Source: Eledone cirrhosa
Taxonomy: Eukaryota
Direction of reading: 5' to 3'
Length of the DNA: 64,000 nucleotides
Assembly (NCBI GenBank): GCA_964016885.1
Contig: OZ024744.1
Location: 44,516,001 to 44,580,000, forward strand
Made by a program: the position numbers and the translations under genes. How positions within the stretch are numbered: position 1 is the first letter of the stretch; every line of letters starts with the position of its first letter. Below, piece by piece: positions 1 to 16,200 of the stretch. Under the pieces are notes generated by a model. That model saw nothing but the letters and a program-made list of their open reading frames with translations. It had not been told where the DNA came from and did not search any database.

Positions 1-113
<113 letters not shown>

Positions 114-428
114 AATCTACCAAAATATACGGTAGTGTCCAATCAGTATGAAGAACGCAATGTAATCCAAATATCATGAAAAGAGAAGATGCATTCAAAA
201 ATTTTCGATGAAAATCACAGGAAAACAGAGTCAAGATAAATTAATCAAAACAATGAATAATTACAAAGAACAAGTTCCTTATATTAAAAAATTCATCATT
301 TTACAATCGTTTCTAGGATATATATGTTTTTATCGGTATATATATCATATAGATCTATGTAAAAATATTACAAACTATCAGAGGAAATATACATACCTTC
401 ACATATATATGCTGTCTTCAGAAATAAT

Positions 429-477
429 TGTTTCTACTTTAGGAACAAGGCCAGAAATTACCCAGTGCATTACTGGT
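429..477 (-). mobile_element. 5'-truncated SINE (3' tail only)
   Basis: Matches the 3' end of the SINE at 752-931. Flanked by AAATAAT at 422-428 and 478-484. The empty site is visible in the right arm near 4052-4068. Confidence 0.85.
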
Positions 478-751
478 AAATAATGAGATTTGTTTATTGA
501 AAAAAAAACAACAAGAGTTAATATAATAGGTCTGTTTTGGGAACAGGTTTTGAATTGACCAATAGAAAATTAGTTAGAGGTCAAGTTGATAGAATAGTAG
601 TAGTAGTAGTAGAAATTTAATTCAAGGGTAGAGGAATGCAGACTTATGTTTTGAATGGAAAGAATACTTTGAATGAAAAGAATACTTTGGGGATGAAAAG
701 AGGTCAAGCCGATGAAGGGTACACGAAAATTTGATGTTATTAAAGAATAAT

Positions 752-931
752 TGTTTCTACTTTAGGCACAAGGCCAGCAAATACCCAGTACATTACTGGT
801 ACTTTATTTTATTGACCCCGTAAGGATGAAAGGCAAAGTTAACCTCGGCGGGATTTGAACTCAGACTGTAAAGGGACGTAACTATGCTAGAAAGCATGGC
901 GTCCAACCCTGTACCGATACTGCCAATTCAC
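752..931 (-). mobile_element. tRNA-derived SINE resembling cephalopod SINEs
   Basis: Minus strand has A-box TGGCAGTATCGG, B-box GAGTTCAAATCCC, core CTTTGCCTTTCATCCTTACGGGGTCAATAAA and tail GGCCTTGTGCCTAAAGTAGAAACAATT. Three further copies in the window. Confidence 0.88.
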
Positions 932-1607
932 AGAATAGTAGTAGTAGACATTTAATTTAAGGGTAGAGGAATGCAGACTTATGTTTTGAATGGAAAGAAT
1001 ACTTTGAATGAAAAGAATACTTTGGGGATGAAAAGAGGTCAAGCCGGTGAAGGATACACGAAAATTTGATGTTATTAAAGAATAATGTTAAAAACGAAGG
1101 AGAGTAAAATTTTAGGGAAAAGGTATTAGTGAGAAATACTAATCTTATTTAAAACACAAGGAATTTAGATCTGTAACAAGAAATTAAATTAATTGATAGG
1201 TATACTTATAGGGATAAATTTATATTAATTCATATGGATGTGATAAATAAGAATTAGATGTTATTAAAGAATGTTGTTAAAAACGAAGGAAAATAACATT
1301 TTAGGATAAGTGTAGTAGTGAGAAATACCAATCATATATAGACTACAAGGAATCTAGATTCATAACAGGAAATTAAATTAATTTATATGTATACTTTTAG
1401 GTATTAATTTTAGGAAAAGAGAGCTGTAAGAGGAAATGAAATTATGAAGTTCTCTGTAGTAAAGTACTAATTATAGGTTAACTAAATAAAAAAAAACTAA
1501 TTATAATAACATGTAAAATATAATTGTAAGGTGTATATTAATTAGATTTATAATATTTGAAAGTTCTTCTAATTCTATGATTGCAAGATATAATTAATTC
1601 TTGTCGC

Positions 1608-3347
1608 AAAGCCTTGATATTTGCCAAAAATAGATCAAACTTAACTATGGATGACATTAATATTATTATCACGCACGCTAGACAAACACTACTGGAATTT
1701 CAGAAGGAATACTGGACCAGAAATACACATAGTAATCTATTCCACATTACTATGGGTTCTAGTGATTCTGCCCAAATTACCGATCTTGTGGGCCTCTTTC
1801 TTCTATTTACCATAAATTATTCTTTTCCCCACCTTAAAGGTAGTTGCTATCGTGATGACTGTCTTCTTCTTTCCACTAATCTTAGCCTATCAGAAATTGA
1901 AAAAAGTAAAAAACTTATTAGAACTTTCCTCAAAGACTATTATAATCTCACTATTACATTTGAGAACACCAGTAAAATAGTTAATTTCCTAGATATAACT
2001 TCAGACTTATCTACGGGTATCTACCAACCTTACCATAAACCTAACCAAAACTTACATTAAATACACTCACAATCCAATCACCCTAGATCTATCCTTAAAA
2101 ACCTATCATATGATATCTCACTCAGAATCTGTAACCTTTCATCTAACCAGGATGTATTCGATAAAAATGCGCCCTTTTATAACGAAGCTTTAGCTAGAAG
2201 CGGCCACAAAAACAAATTATCTATATACCTTGCACCAATAATACTTCAAACATACAACCCAATATTACCAACAAACACCAAATGAAAAACACACACCTAA
2301 ATGCCACTCAGACTACACCCCAAAATACCAACCTAAAACTTAATTTCGTTACCTCTTCTCACATAAAATATAATAACTTTCAAAAAACCATTCATCCTAA
2401 TACTCCAATATACGTTAATAACATTACTAACAAAGTTCCCAATAATCAGCCTAAAACACCTAAATCAGTTAATCTAACTAAACCTATATATAATAAATTC
2501 ACTATACTAACTCTCTTAGTAAACATCCTGATACATCGTATAAATATAAAAAAACAACATCGAAACCGTAATAGACGAGTTACTTGGTATAATGCTCCAT
2601 TTAATCTACAAATTAAAGATAATATCCCTAAAAATGTTTACTATCCTAGAGAAAAACTTCCCGCCAAACCATAAATACCATCAAATTTTAAATAGATCAA
2701 CTGTCAAATTTTCATACTCCACTACCAAAAATATACAACAAAATATAAGTGCGTACAACGCATATAAATGTAAAAAACCCACGAATATACCACCAACACA
2801 TCAAACCAACCATAATACTAAAATAAACCGCAACAAACCATCATCTCCTTCACATATAACAAGTCGAGTAAATTCCACACCAAATTTGACTAACTCCCCT
2901 GATATAATATTCACGAATGGTTGTAACTGTAGAAACAAAAGAAATTGCCCATTAAAGGCAAATTGTCTTATTAATAACATAGTATATAAATGTAAAATTA
3001 TCACTAAGGACTCAACTTATTCATATATAGGAGCTACGTCTAACCAATTTAAAGTAAGATTTAATACTCACAAACTTAGTTTTTAAAATGCCGCATTAGC
3101 TAATACAACATCCTTGACTGAAACAATTAATAATTATAGAAAAAATAATATCGATTACAACCTGACCTGGAGTGTGCTCAAAAGAGCCACCCCTGATCAA
3201 AATAACAGATATGAATGTAGATTATGCTCCCAGGAACCTTTTGAAATAATGAAATCTAAGGATATCCTATTAAATAAGCGACAAGAATTAATTATATCTT
3301 GCAATCATAGAATTAAAAGAACTTACAAATATTATAAACCTAATTAA
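1608..3347 (+). pseudogene. PLE reverse transcriptase and GIY-YIG endonuclease, frameshifted
   Basis: ITMGSSDSAQITDLVGLFLL, CYRDD, VNFLDIT, PYHKPN, WYNAPFN, CNCRNKRNCPL, IVYKC..YIGATSNQFKVRFNTH, CRLCSQE..LLNKRQE..CNHR. Several stops and frameshifts. Confidence 0.9.
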
Positions 3348-4243
3348 TATACACCTTACACTTATATTTTACATATTATTATAATTAGTTTATTTTATTT
3401 AGTTAACCTATAATTAGTACTTTACTACAGAGAACTTCATAATTTTATTTCCCTCTTACAGCTCTCTTTTCCTAAAATTAATACCTAAAAGTATATATAT
3501 AAATTAATTTAATTTCCTGTTATGAATCTAGATTCCTTGTAGTCTATATATGATTGGTATTTCTCACTACTACACCTATCCTAAAATGTTATTTTCCTTC
3601 GTTTTTAACAACATTCTTTAATAACATCTAATTCTTATTTATCACATCCATATGAATTAATATAAATTTATCCCTATAAGTATACCTATCAATTAATTTA
3701 ATTTCTTGTTATAGATCTAAATTCCTTGTGTTTTAAATAAGATTAGTATTTCTCACTAATACCTTTTCCCTAAAATTTTACTCTCCTTCGTTTTTAACAT
3801 TATTCTTTAATAACATCAAATTTTCGTGTATCCTTCACCGGCTTGACCTCTTTTCATCCCCAAAGTATTCTTTTTATTCAAAGTATTCTTTCCATTCAAA
3901 ACATAAGTTTGCATTCCTCTACGCTTAAATTAAATGTCTACTACTACTATTCTATCAACTTGGCCTCTTACTACTTTTCTATTGATCAATTCAAAACCTG
4001 TTCCCAAACAGACCTATTATATTAAATCTTTGCTGTTTTTTTTCAATAAACAAATCTCATTATTTCTGAAGCCAGCATATATATATGAAGGTATGTACAT
4101 TTCCTCTGATAGTTTGTAATATTTTTACATAGATCTATATTATATACATACCAACACACATATATATCCTAGTAACGATCGTAAAATGATGAATTCTTTA
4201 ATATAAGGAACTTGTTCTTTGTTTTTATTCATTGTTTTTATTA

Positions 4244-4250
<7 letters not shown>
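1608..4250 (+). mobile_element. Penelope-like retroelement 1, 5'-truncated and degenerate
   Basis: RT, linker and GIY-YIG remnants followed by a ~900 bp 3' UTR/pseudo-LTR whose inverted copy lies upstream. Confidence 0.92.
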
Positions 4251-4275
<25 letters not shown>

Positions 4276-4277
<2 letters not shown>

Positions 4278-5509
4278 TAATGCTTTACCTTATATAAATT
4301 CTCCCATTTCTAAGAGTTGTAACCTATATACCACTGAAATTCTTTATATTCTTAAGAATAGGAAAATAATTATTAATAAAAATCTGATATCTTTATCTCC
4401 TGCCTCCACCGATTCTCAAAAACGGTTCATGGAGGTTTTAGTTAAGTTTTAAAATAGATAACATAATAGTGAATATTCCTTTACATATAGTTTTAATTCT
4501 CGCCTCCACCTATTCACGAAAATGTTTAGAGATTTTAATTAAGCTTTATATATAAAAATAATTATAAGACAGGTATAACTCTTTTATATATAATATTTAA
4601 ATGATTTTTTTAAAATAGAGATTATACGACAAAATAAGTTAACTAATTTTTCCTCCGATATTTTCTCCGTTATTTTTTCTGTTTCCGTTAAAATTGTTCA
4701 TCTACTTTAACTTTAGGTTGTATCTAAATAAATTGAATCTAATATAAATTGATAAATTCGGCTATCATTCATACATTTTTTTTCTTTCTAAATTGTTACA
4801 CAAAGTTTTAATAATTTCTCCTATACATATATTAACTACTTAAATAAAATCGTTGAATTGATAAATTTTGACATAGATAATTATCTCCTTTCTTTTAAAA
4901 TAAATAATTTATCACATAATATTACAACCTAACTCAACTATATATTTAAAAGAAAAGAACCATATCAATTATTAAATACTTTTGTACTCATATAATTTCA
5001 AAATCAAATTATACATAAACAAAGATAACTTTCCTACAAATTATGTAATCCAAATTCTTTCCCCCTTTATTATATTTTCATAATACTACTTTTGTTTCCT
5101 AGAATATTATTTTCATTTTTTCCTTTGATATAATATATACTTTTGATTTAATACCTATTTGAATTGATTATAAGCAGCATAGAGACTGAATAACGGTCAA
5201 CTTTTGTTTATTTTAAAAAAAATCTAATTACGCTATATTTTAAATAATTTATTAAACGTTTAAACCAACTGTAATTATTCTCCCAGTCACGTAACCTATG
5301 TATTGAGTTTTTTTCTAGTCATATGCTTGGTGGTCACCGATCTGTCCAGCTCGTTTTTCTACCAGCATATCATGAACAATTATACATCTCGTATGTATTT
5401 TATCTGATGGGGACATGTTTTGCTTTACGTTATATATAAAACTTTGGATCTTCGAAATGTATATAATAAAATAACTAGAGATGATATAAAGTACATATAT
5501 TTCGTCTAT

Positions 5510-5520
<11 letters not shown>
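4276..5520 (+). mobile_element. Penelope 3' remnant (GIY-YIG C-terminus and 3' UTR)
   Basis: ALPYINSPISKSCNLYTTEILYIL..INKN..SCLHR parallels the C-terminus of element 1. Hammerhead motif at 5396-5473. Confidence 0.65.
5396..5473 (+). ncRNA. Type I hammerhead ribozyme motif, core variant
   Basis: TATTTTAT-CTGATGG-stem II-GAAA-TGTATA-TA-ATAAAATA. Perfect 8 bp stem I; A9 changed to G. Confidence 0.7.
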
Positions 5521-7806
<2,286 letters not shown>

Positions 7807-7860
7807 ATATATGTATATATACATATACATTTATACACACACACACAGATACATATATAT

Positions 7861-8035
7861 TGTACGTTCCACTGCAAATGACTACAATAAAAATCAATCA
7901 CAATAGATATTAGTATAGAAAATCAACACGAGACGAAACACATATTGCAGACACTGTCCACTTTTTTTTCATCTACAGGAGCAATTTACCCAATTTTCTC
8001 AACTATTATTGTAGTCATTTGCATTGGGAAGTACA
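7861..8035. mobile_element. Short element with ~30 bp terminal inverted repeats (MITE-like)
   Basis: TGTACGTTCCACTGCAAATGACTACAATAA at 7861 and TTATTGTAGTCATTTGCATTGGGAAGTACA ending at 8035. Confidence 0.6.
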
Positions 8036-8220
8036 CATTTCAAATGTTTCCAATGCTTTGATAATAGAATGTATGATTTTAAACTATAACATATTTGTTT
8101 GTGTTTCCCCATACCAGCTGAGATATCTTTACTGTCAAAGTAATCACTGTGTGTCAAAGTAATGATGACGAGAGAGGAACGGATGTGAATAGATGGACAA
8201 GACTTTGAAAGAGGAAGTAG

Positions 8221-10159
8221 GGAGAGACTGTGGTAGAATAGTATAGGGGAGAGAGAGACTGTGGTATAATAGTATAGGGGAGAGAGAGACTGTGGTAGAT
8301 AGTATAGGGGAGAGAGAGAGACTGTGGTAGAATAGTATGGGAGGGAGAGAGAGAGAGACTGTGGTAGAATGGTAAGGAGGGAGAGAGAGAGACTGTGGTA
8401 GAATGGTAAGGAGGGAGAGAGAGAGAGACTGTGGTAGAATGGTAAGGAGGGAGAGAGAGAGAGACTGTGGTAGAATGGTATAGGAGGGAGAAAGAGAGAG
8501 AAACTGTGGTATAATAGTATAATTGGGAGAGAGACTGTGGTAGAATGGTATAGGGGGGAGTGAGAGAGATTGTGGTAGAATGGTAAGGAGGGAGAGAGAG
8601 AGAGAGAGAGAGAGACTGTGGTAGAATTGTATAGAAGAGAGACAGACTGTGGTAGAATGGTATAGGAGAGAGAGAGACTGTGGTAGAATGGTAAGGAGGG
8701 AGAGAGGGACTGTGGTAGAATAGTAGAGGGGAGAGAGAGAGACTGTGGTAGAATGGTAAGGACGGAGAGAGAGATAGACTGTGGTAGAATGGTATAGAAG
8801 AGAGACAGACTGTGGTAGAATGGTATAGAAGAGAGACAGACTGTGGTAGAATGGTATAGGAGAGAGAGACTGTGGTAGAATAGTAAGGAGGGACAGAGGG
8901 ACTGTGGTAGAATAGTATAGGAGAGAGAGAATGTGGTAGAATAGTATAGGAGAGAGTGAGAGAGAGACTGTGGTAGAATGGTATTGGAGGGAGGGAGAGC
9001 GAGACAGTGGTATAATAGTATAGGAGAGAGAGAGACAGTGGTAGAATGGTTATGAGGGAGAGAGAGATTGTGGTAGAATGGTATAGGAGGGAGAGAGTAT
9101 GTGGTAGAATTGTATAGGAGAGAGAGAGACAGTGGTAGAATGGTATAGGAGAGAGAGTGACTGTCGTAGAATAGTATAGGAGGGATAGAGACTAAGGTAG
9201 AATAGTATAGGAGGGAGAGAGAGACTGTGGTACAATAGTAAAGGGGAGAATGACTCTGGTACTATAGTATATGGGAAAGAGGCTGTGGTAAAATAGTGTA
9301 GGGAGAGAGACTGTGGTAGAATGGTATAGGAGGGAGAGAGACTGTGGTAGAATGGTATAGGGGAGAGAGAGACTGTGGTAGAATGGTATAGGAGGGAGAG
9401 AGAGAGACTGTAGTAGAATGGTATAGGAGGGAGACAGAGAGACTAGTAGAATGGTATAGGTGGGAGTGAGGCTGCGTAGATTACTTGAGGAGGGAGAGTG
9501 ACTGTGGTAGAATGGTATAGGGGAGAGAGAGTCTCTGATAGTATAGTATAGGAGGGATAGAGACTATGGTAGAATAGTATAGGAGGGAGAGAGAGACTGT
9601 AGGAGATTAGTATAGGAGGGAGGGAGTCTGTGGTAGAATTGTATAGGGCAGAGAGTCTGTGGTATAATAGTATAGAAGAGAGAGAGACTGTGGTACAATA
9701 GTAAAGGGGAGAGTGGCTGTAGTAGAATGGTATAGGAGGGAGACTGTGGTACAATAGTATAGAGGAGAGAGACTGTGGTACAATAGTATAGGAGGAAGAG
9801 AGACTGTGGTAGAATAGTATAGGGGAGAGAGAGACTGTGGTAGAATGGTATAGGATGCAGAGAGACTGTGGTAGAATGGTATAGGAGGGAGAGAGAGAGG
9901 CTGTGGCAGAATAATATAGGTGGGAGAGAGAGAAACACTGTGGTAGAATGGTGTAGGAGGGAGTGAGTGACTATTGTAGAATGATATGGGAGAGAGCGAC
10001 GGCAATAGAATGGTATAGGGAAGAAAGTATGTGGTAGAATAGTATAGGTGGGTGAGAGATTGGTACAATAGTATAGAACGGAGAGAAAATATGGTAGAAT
10101 GGTATAGGAGGTAGAGAAACTGTGATAGAATGTATGAGGGAGAGAGATTGAGAGAGAGA

Positions 10160-10253
<94 letters not shown>

Positions 10254-13200
10254 TAGAGATTGTGGTAGAATGGTATAGGTGAGAGATAGACTATGGTCGA
10301 GGTGCATAGAAGTGAGAGAGACTGTGGTAGAATGGTATAGGAATGCGAGGGAGAGAACGTGGTAGAATGGTATAGTAGTGAGATAGGCTGTGGTAGAATA
10401 GTATAGGGAGAGAGAGTCTGTGGTACAATATTATAGGACGGAGAGAGATTGTGGTAGAATGGTGTAGGGTGGAAACAGAGAGACTGTGGTAGAATAGTGT
10501 AGGGAGAGAGACTCGGGTAGAATGGTATAGGAGGGCGAGAAAGAGACTGTAGTAGAATAGTATAGGAAGGAGTGAGGCTGGGTAGAATAGTAGAGGAGGG
10601 AGAGAGACTGTGGTCGAATGTTATAGGAGGGATAGAGACTATGGTAGAATAGTATAGAGGAGAGAGAGACTGTGATAGAATGGTATAGGTGGGATAGAGT
10701 CTATGGTAGAATAGTATAGGAGGGAGTGAGACTGTGGTAGAATGGTATAGGAGGGACAGAGACTGTGGTCCAATAGTATAGAAGGGAGAGAGAGACTGTG
10801 GTAGAATGGTATAGGATGGAGGGAGAGACTGTGGTAGAATGGTATAGGAGGGAGGGAGTCTGTGGTAGAACGGTATAATCAGAGTCTGTGGTAGAATAGT
10901 ATAGGAGAGAGAGAGAGACTGTGGTACAAGTGTATAGGGGAGAGAGACTGTGGTACAATAGCATAGGGGAGAGAGACTGTGATACAATAGTATAGTGGAG
11001 AGAGACTGTGGTACAATAGTATAGGGGAGAGAGAGACTGTGGTAGAATAGTATAAGAGGGCGAGAGACTGCGAAACTACAGTATACGAGTAAGAGAGACT
11101 GTGGTAGAATGGTATAGCAGGGAGAAAGACTGTGGTAAAATACTATAGGAGGAAGAGAGACTGTGGTAGAATAGTATAAGAGGGAGAGAGACTGCGAAAC
11201 TACAGTATACGAGTAAGAGAGACTGTGGTAGAATGGTATAGCAGGGAGAAAGACTGTGGTAAAATACTATAGGAGGAAGAGAGACTGTGGTAGAATAGTA
11301 TAAGATGGAGAGAGACTGCGGTACTATAGTATACGAGTAAGAGAGACTGTGGTAGAACGGTATAGCAGGGAGAAAGACTGTGGTAAAATACTATAGGAGG
11401 AAGAGAGAATGTGGTAGAGTTTTATAGAGGAGAGAGAGACTGTGGTCGAATAGTATAGGAGTGAGAGAGATTGTTATAGAATGGTATAGGAAGGAGAGAG
11501 ACTATGGTAAAATAGTATGGGAGGAGAGAGACTGTGGTAGATTGGTATAGGGGCGAGAGAGACTGTGGTAGAATTGTATAGGAGGGAGAGAGAGAGACTG
11601 TGATAGAATTGTATAAGAGTTAGAGAGAATGTGGCAGAATGGTATAGGAGGGACAGAGACTGTGGTACTATAGTATAGAAGGGAGAGAGAGACTGTGGTA
11701 GAATGGTATAGGAGGGAGAGAGATTGTGGAAGAATGGTATAGGAGGGAGGGAGTCTGTGGTAGAATAGTATAGGGCAGAGAGAAATTGCGGTAGAATAGT
11801 ATAGGAGAGAGAGAAAGAGTGAGTGTAATGGTATAGCGGGGTGAGAGAGACTGTGGTATAATAATATAGGAGAGAGAGAGAGACTGTGGTACAATAGTAA
11901 AGGGGAGAGAGACTGTGATACAATAGTATAGTGGAGAGAGACTGTGTTACAATAGTATAGGGGAGAGAGAGACTGTGGTAGAATAGTATAAGAGCGAGAG
12001 AGACTGCGGTACTATAGTATAGGAGGAAGAGAGACTGTGGTAGAATGGTATAGCTGGGAGGAAGACTGTGTTAAATTACTATAGGAGGAGGAGAGAATGT
12101 GGTAGAATTTTATAGAGGAGAGAGAGACTGTGGTAGAATAGTATAGGGGAGAGAGAGAATGTGGTAGAATAGTATAGGAGTGAGAGAGACTGTGGTACAA
12201 TTGTATAGTGGAAACAGAGACTGTGGTAGAAAACTATAGAAGGGAGAGAGACTGTTGTAGAATGGTATAGGAAGGTGAGTGACTGTGGTACACTAGTAGT
12301 AGAGGGAGAGATGCGGTACAATATTATAGGGGGTGAGAGACAGTGGTACAATAGTATAGGAGTTAGAGAGACTGTGGTAGAATGGTATAGGCGAGAGAGG
12401 GTCTGGTAGAATGGCATAGGAGAAAGAGAGAGAAAAACTGAGTAGAATGGTATAGGAGGGAGGGCGAGACTGTGGTGCAATAGTATAGGGGAGAGAGACT
12501 TTAGTAGAGTGGTGTAGGAGGGAGAGAGACTGAGGTACAATAGTATAGAGGAGAGAGACTGTGGTACAATGATATAGTGGAGAGAGACTGTGCTAGAATT
12601 TTATAGTAGGGAGAGAAACTGTGATACTATAGTATAGGGGAGAGAGACTGTGGTAGAATGGTATAGGAGGGCGAGAGAAAGAATGTGGTAGAATGGTATA
12701 GTAGGGAGAGAGACTGTGGTAGAACAGTATAGTAGGGAGAGAGACTGTGGTAGAATGGTTTAGGGGAGAGAGAGACTGTGGTAGAATAGTGTAGGGAGAG
12801 AGACTGTGGTAGAATGGTATAGGAGGGAGACAGACTGTTGTAGAATTGTATAGGGAGAGAGAGACTGTGGTAGAATGCTATAGGAGAGAAAGAGAGTCTG
12901 CGGTAGTATGGTATAAGAGGGAGTGAGACTGAGATACAAAAGTATAGGGAATATAGACTGTGGTAGAATGGTATAGGAGGGCGAGAGAGAGACTGTAGTA
13001 GAATGGTATAGGAGGCAGTGAGACTGGGTAGATTAGTAGAGGAGGGAGAGTGACTGTGGTAGAATGGTATAGGGGAGAGAGAGAGACTGTGGTAGAATGG
13101 TATAGAGGAGAGAGAGAGAGACTATGATAGAATTGTATAGGAGGGAGAGAGACTGTGGTAGAATGTTATGGGGAAGAGAGAGACTGCGGTAGAATGGTAT

Positions 13201-16200
13201 AGGGGAGAGCGAGACTGTGGTAGAATGGTAGATTAGGGACATAGACTGTGGTACAATAGTATAGGATGGAGAGAGAGTCTGTGCTAGAATGGTATAGGAA
13301 GGAGGGAGAGACTGTGGAACAATGGTTTAGGAGGGAGGGAGTCTCTGATAGAATGGTATAGAGCAGAGAGACTGCAGTAGAATAGTATAGGAGGGAGAGA
13401 GAGAAAGAGTGAGTATAATGGTATAGGAGATTGAAAGAGACTGAGGTATAATAGTATAGGAGAGAGAGTGACTGTGGTACAATAGTAAAGGGGTGAGAGA
13501 CTGTAGTAGAATGGTATTGGAGGGAGAGAGACTGTAGTAAAATAGTATAGGGGAGAGAGAGATTGTGTTAGAATGGTATAGCAGGGAGAGAGACTGTGGT
13601 ACAATACTATAGGAGGAAGGGAGTATGTGGTAGAATTGTATAGAGGAGAGAAAGACTGTGGTAGAATGCTATAGGGCAGAGAAAATGTGGTAGAATTGTA
13701 TAGGAGGGAGAGAGACTGTGGTAGAATAGTATTGGATTGAGAGAGACTGTGGTAGAATGGTATAGGAGGGAGAATATCTGTGGTAGAATAGTATAGGCAT
13801 GAGAGAGACTGTGGTAGAATGGAATAGGAAGGAGAGAGACTGTGGTAAAATAGTATGGGGGAAGTGAGACTGTGGTAGTTAGGTATAGGGGCGAGAGACT
13901 GTGGTAGAATAGTATAGGGAGAGAGAGACTGTGGTACTATTGTATAGTGGAATGTGACTGTGTTACGATTGTATAGTGGAAACTGACTGTAGTACAATAG
14001 TACAGGAGGTTGAGAGACTGTGGTACAATAGTATAGGGCAGAGCAATTTTAGTTGAATGGTTTAGGAGTGAGAGAGACAGTGGTACAGTAGTATAGGGGA
14101 GAGAGACTGTGGTACAGTAGTATAGGGGAGAGAGACTGTGGTACAGTAGTATAGGGGAGAGAGACTGTGGTAGAATTGTATAGGAGGGAGAGAAACTGTG
14201 ATACTATAGTATAGGGGAGAGAGACTTTGGTAGAATGGTATAGGTTGGCGAAAGAGAGAATGTGGTAGAATGGTATAGTAGGGAGAGAGGCTGTGGTAGA
14301 ATAGTATAGGAGGGTGAGAGACTGTGGTAGAATGGTATAGGTGTGAGAGAGACTGTGGTAGAATGGTATAGGAATGAGAGAGACTGTGATACAATAGTAT
14401 AGGTATGAGAGAGAGACTGTGGTAGAATGGTATATGCGGGAGAGAGACTGTGGTAGAATTGTATAGGGGAGAGAGAGAGACTGTTGTAGAATTGTATAGG
14501 GGATAGTGAGGCTGGGTAGATTAGTAAAGGGAGGGAGAGAGACTGAGGTAGAATTGTATAGGGGAGAGAAAGAGACTGTTGTAGAATTGTATAGGAGAGA
14601 GAGAGATATTGATAGAATTGTATAGGAGGAAGAGAGTATGTGGTAGAATGGTATAGGGGAGAGAGACTGTTGTAGAATGGTATAGGGGAGAAAGAGGCTG
14701 TGGTAGAATGGTATAGGATGGAGAGAGACAGTGTTAGAATGGTATAGGAGGGAGAGAGAGACTGTGGTAGAATGGTATAGGAGGGAGAGAGAGACTGTGG
14801 TAGAATGGTATAAGTGGGAGAGAGAAAGACACTGTGGTAGAATGGTGTATGAGGGAGAGCGAGACTGTGGTAGAATGGTATAGGAGTGAGAGAGAGACTG
14901 TTGTAGAATGGTATATGGGAGAGAGCGACTGTGATAGAATGGTATAGGGAAGAGAGACTGTAGTAGAATAGTATAGGTACGAGAGACTGTGGTACAATAG
15001 TATATGGGAGAGAGAGACTGTGTAGAATAGTATAGGTGGGAGAGAGGGAAAGAGTGAGTATAATGGTATAGGAGGGTGAGAGAGACTGTGGTAGAATAGT
15101 ATAGGGGAGAGAGACTGTGGTAGAATTGTATAGGAGGGAGAGAGACTGTGGTTGAATGGTATTGGTATAGGAGAGAGAGAGACTGTGGTAGAATGGTTTA
15201 GGAGAGAGAGTGTCTGCGGTAGTATGGTATAGGAGGGAGTGAGACTGGGACACAAAAGTATAGGGAATAGAGGCTGTGGTAGAATGGTACAAGAATGAGA
15301 GAGACTGTGATACAATAGTATAGGTATGAGAGGGAGACTGTGGTAGAATGGTATATGAGGGAGAGTAACTGTGATACAATAGTATGGGGTAGAGCGACTG
15401 TGGTAGAATGGTATAGGAGGGAGAGAGATAGACTGTAGTAGAATGGTATAGGTGGGAGTGAGGCTGGGTAGATTAGTAGGGGAGGGAGAGAGACTGAGGT
15501 AGAATTGTATAGGGGAGAGAGAGAGAGACTGTTGTAGAATTGTATAGGGGAGAGAGAGATTGTGCTAGAATGGTATAGGAGGGAGAGAGTATGTGGTAGA
15601 ATGGTATAGGGGAGAGAGAGATTGTGATAGAATTGTATAGGAGGGAGAGACTGTGGTAGAATGGTATAGGTTAGAGAGAGACTGTGGTAGAATGGATTAG
15701 GAGTGAGGGAGAGACTGTAGTAAAAGGGTATAGGAGGGAGGGAGTCTGTGGTAGAATCGTATAGGGCAGAGAGTCTATGCTAGAATAGTATAGGCGGGAG
15801 AGAGAGAAAGACTGTGTATAATGGTATAGGAGGGAGAGAGAGACAGTGGTATAATAGTATAGGAGAGAGAGAGACTGTGGTACAATAGCAAAGGGGAGAG
15901 AGACTGTAGTAGAATTGTATAGGAGGGAGAGAGACTGCGGTAGAATGTTATAGGGGAGAGAGAGACTGTGATAGAATGGTATAGGAGGGATAGAGACTAT
16001 GGTAGAATAGTATAGGATGGAGCTAGACTGTCATAGAATGGTACAGTAGGGACAGAGACTGTGGTAGAATAGTATAGGAGGGAGAGAGAGACTGTGGTAG
16101 AATGGTATAAGAGGGAGGGAGAGACTGTGGTAGTATGGTATAGGAGGGAGAGAGAGAAAGACTGAGTATAATGGTATAGGAGGGAGAGAGTGGCTGTGGT

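Larger units (their letters stand above)
237..1607 (-). repeat. Inverted 3' pseudo-LTR arm of Penelope element 1
   Basis: Reverse complement of 3278-4250 (1541-1607 mirrors 3278-3344; 237-290 mirrors about 4198-4250). Carries two SINE insertions absent from the right arm. Confidence 0.9.

Noticed and set aside
194-223. Possible minimal hammerhead on the minus strand (TTC-CTGTGA..GAAA-ATTT-TT-GAA)
   Set aside because: Core deletion and only a 3 bp stem I in AT-rich DNA. The position is plausible for PLE 1 but the match is too weak.
752-931. tRNA gene call for the A/B-box sequences
   Set aside because: No cloverleaf. The boxes are the head of a multi-copy SINE.
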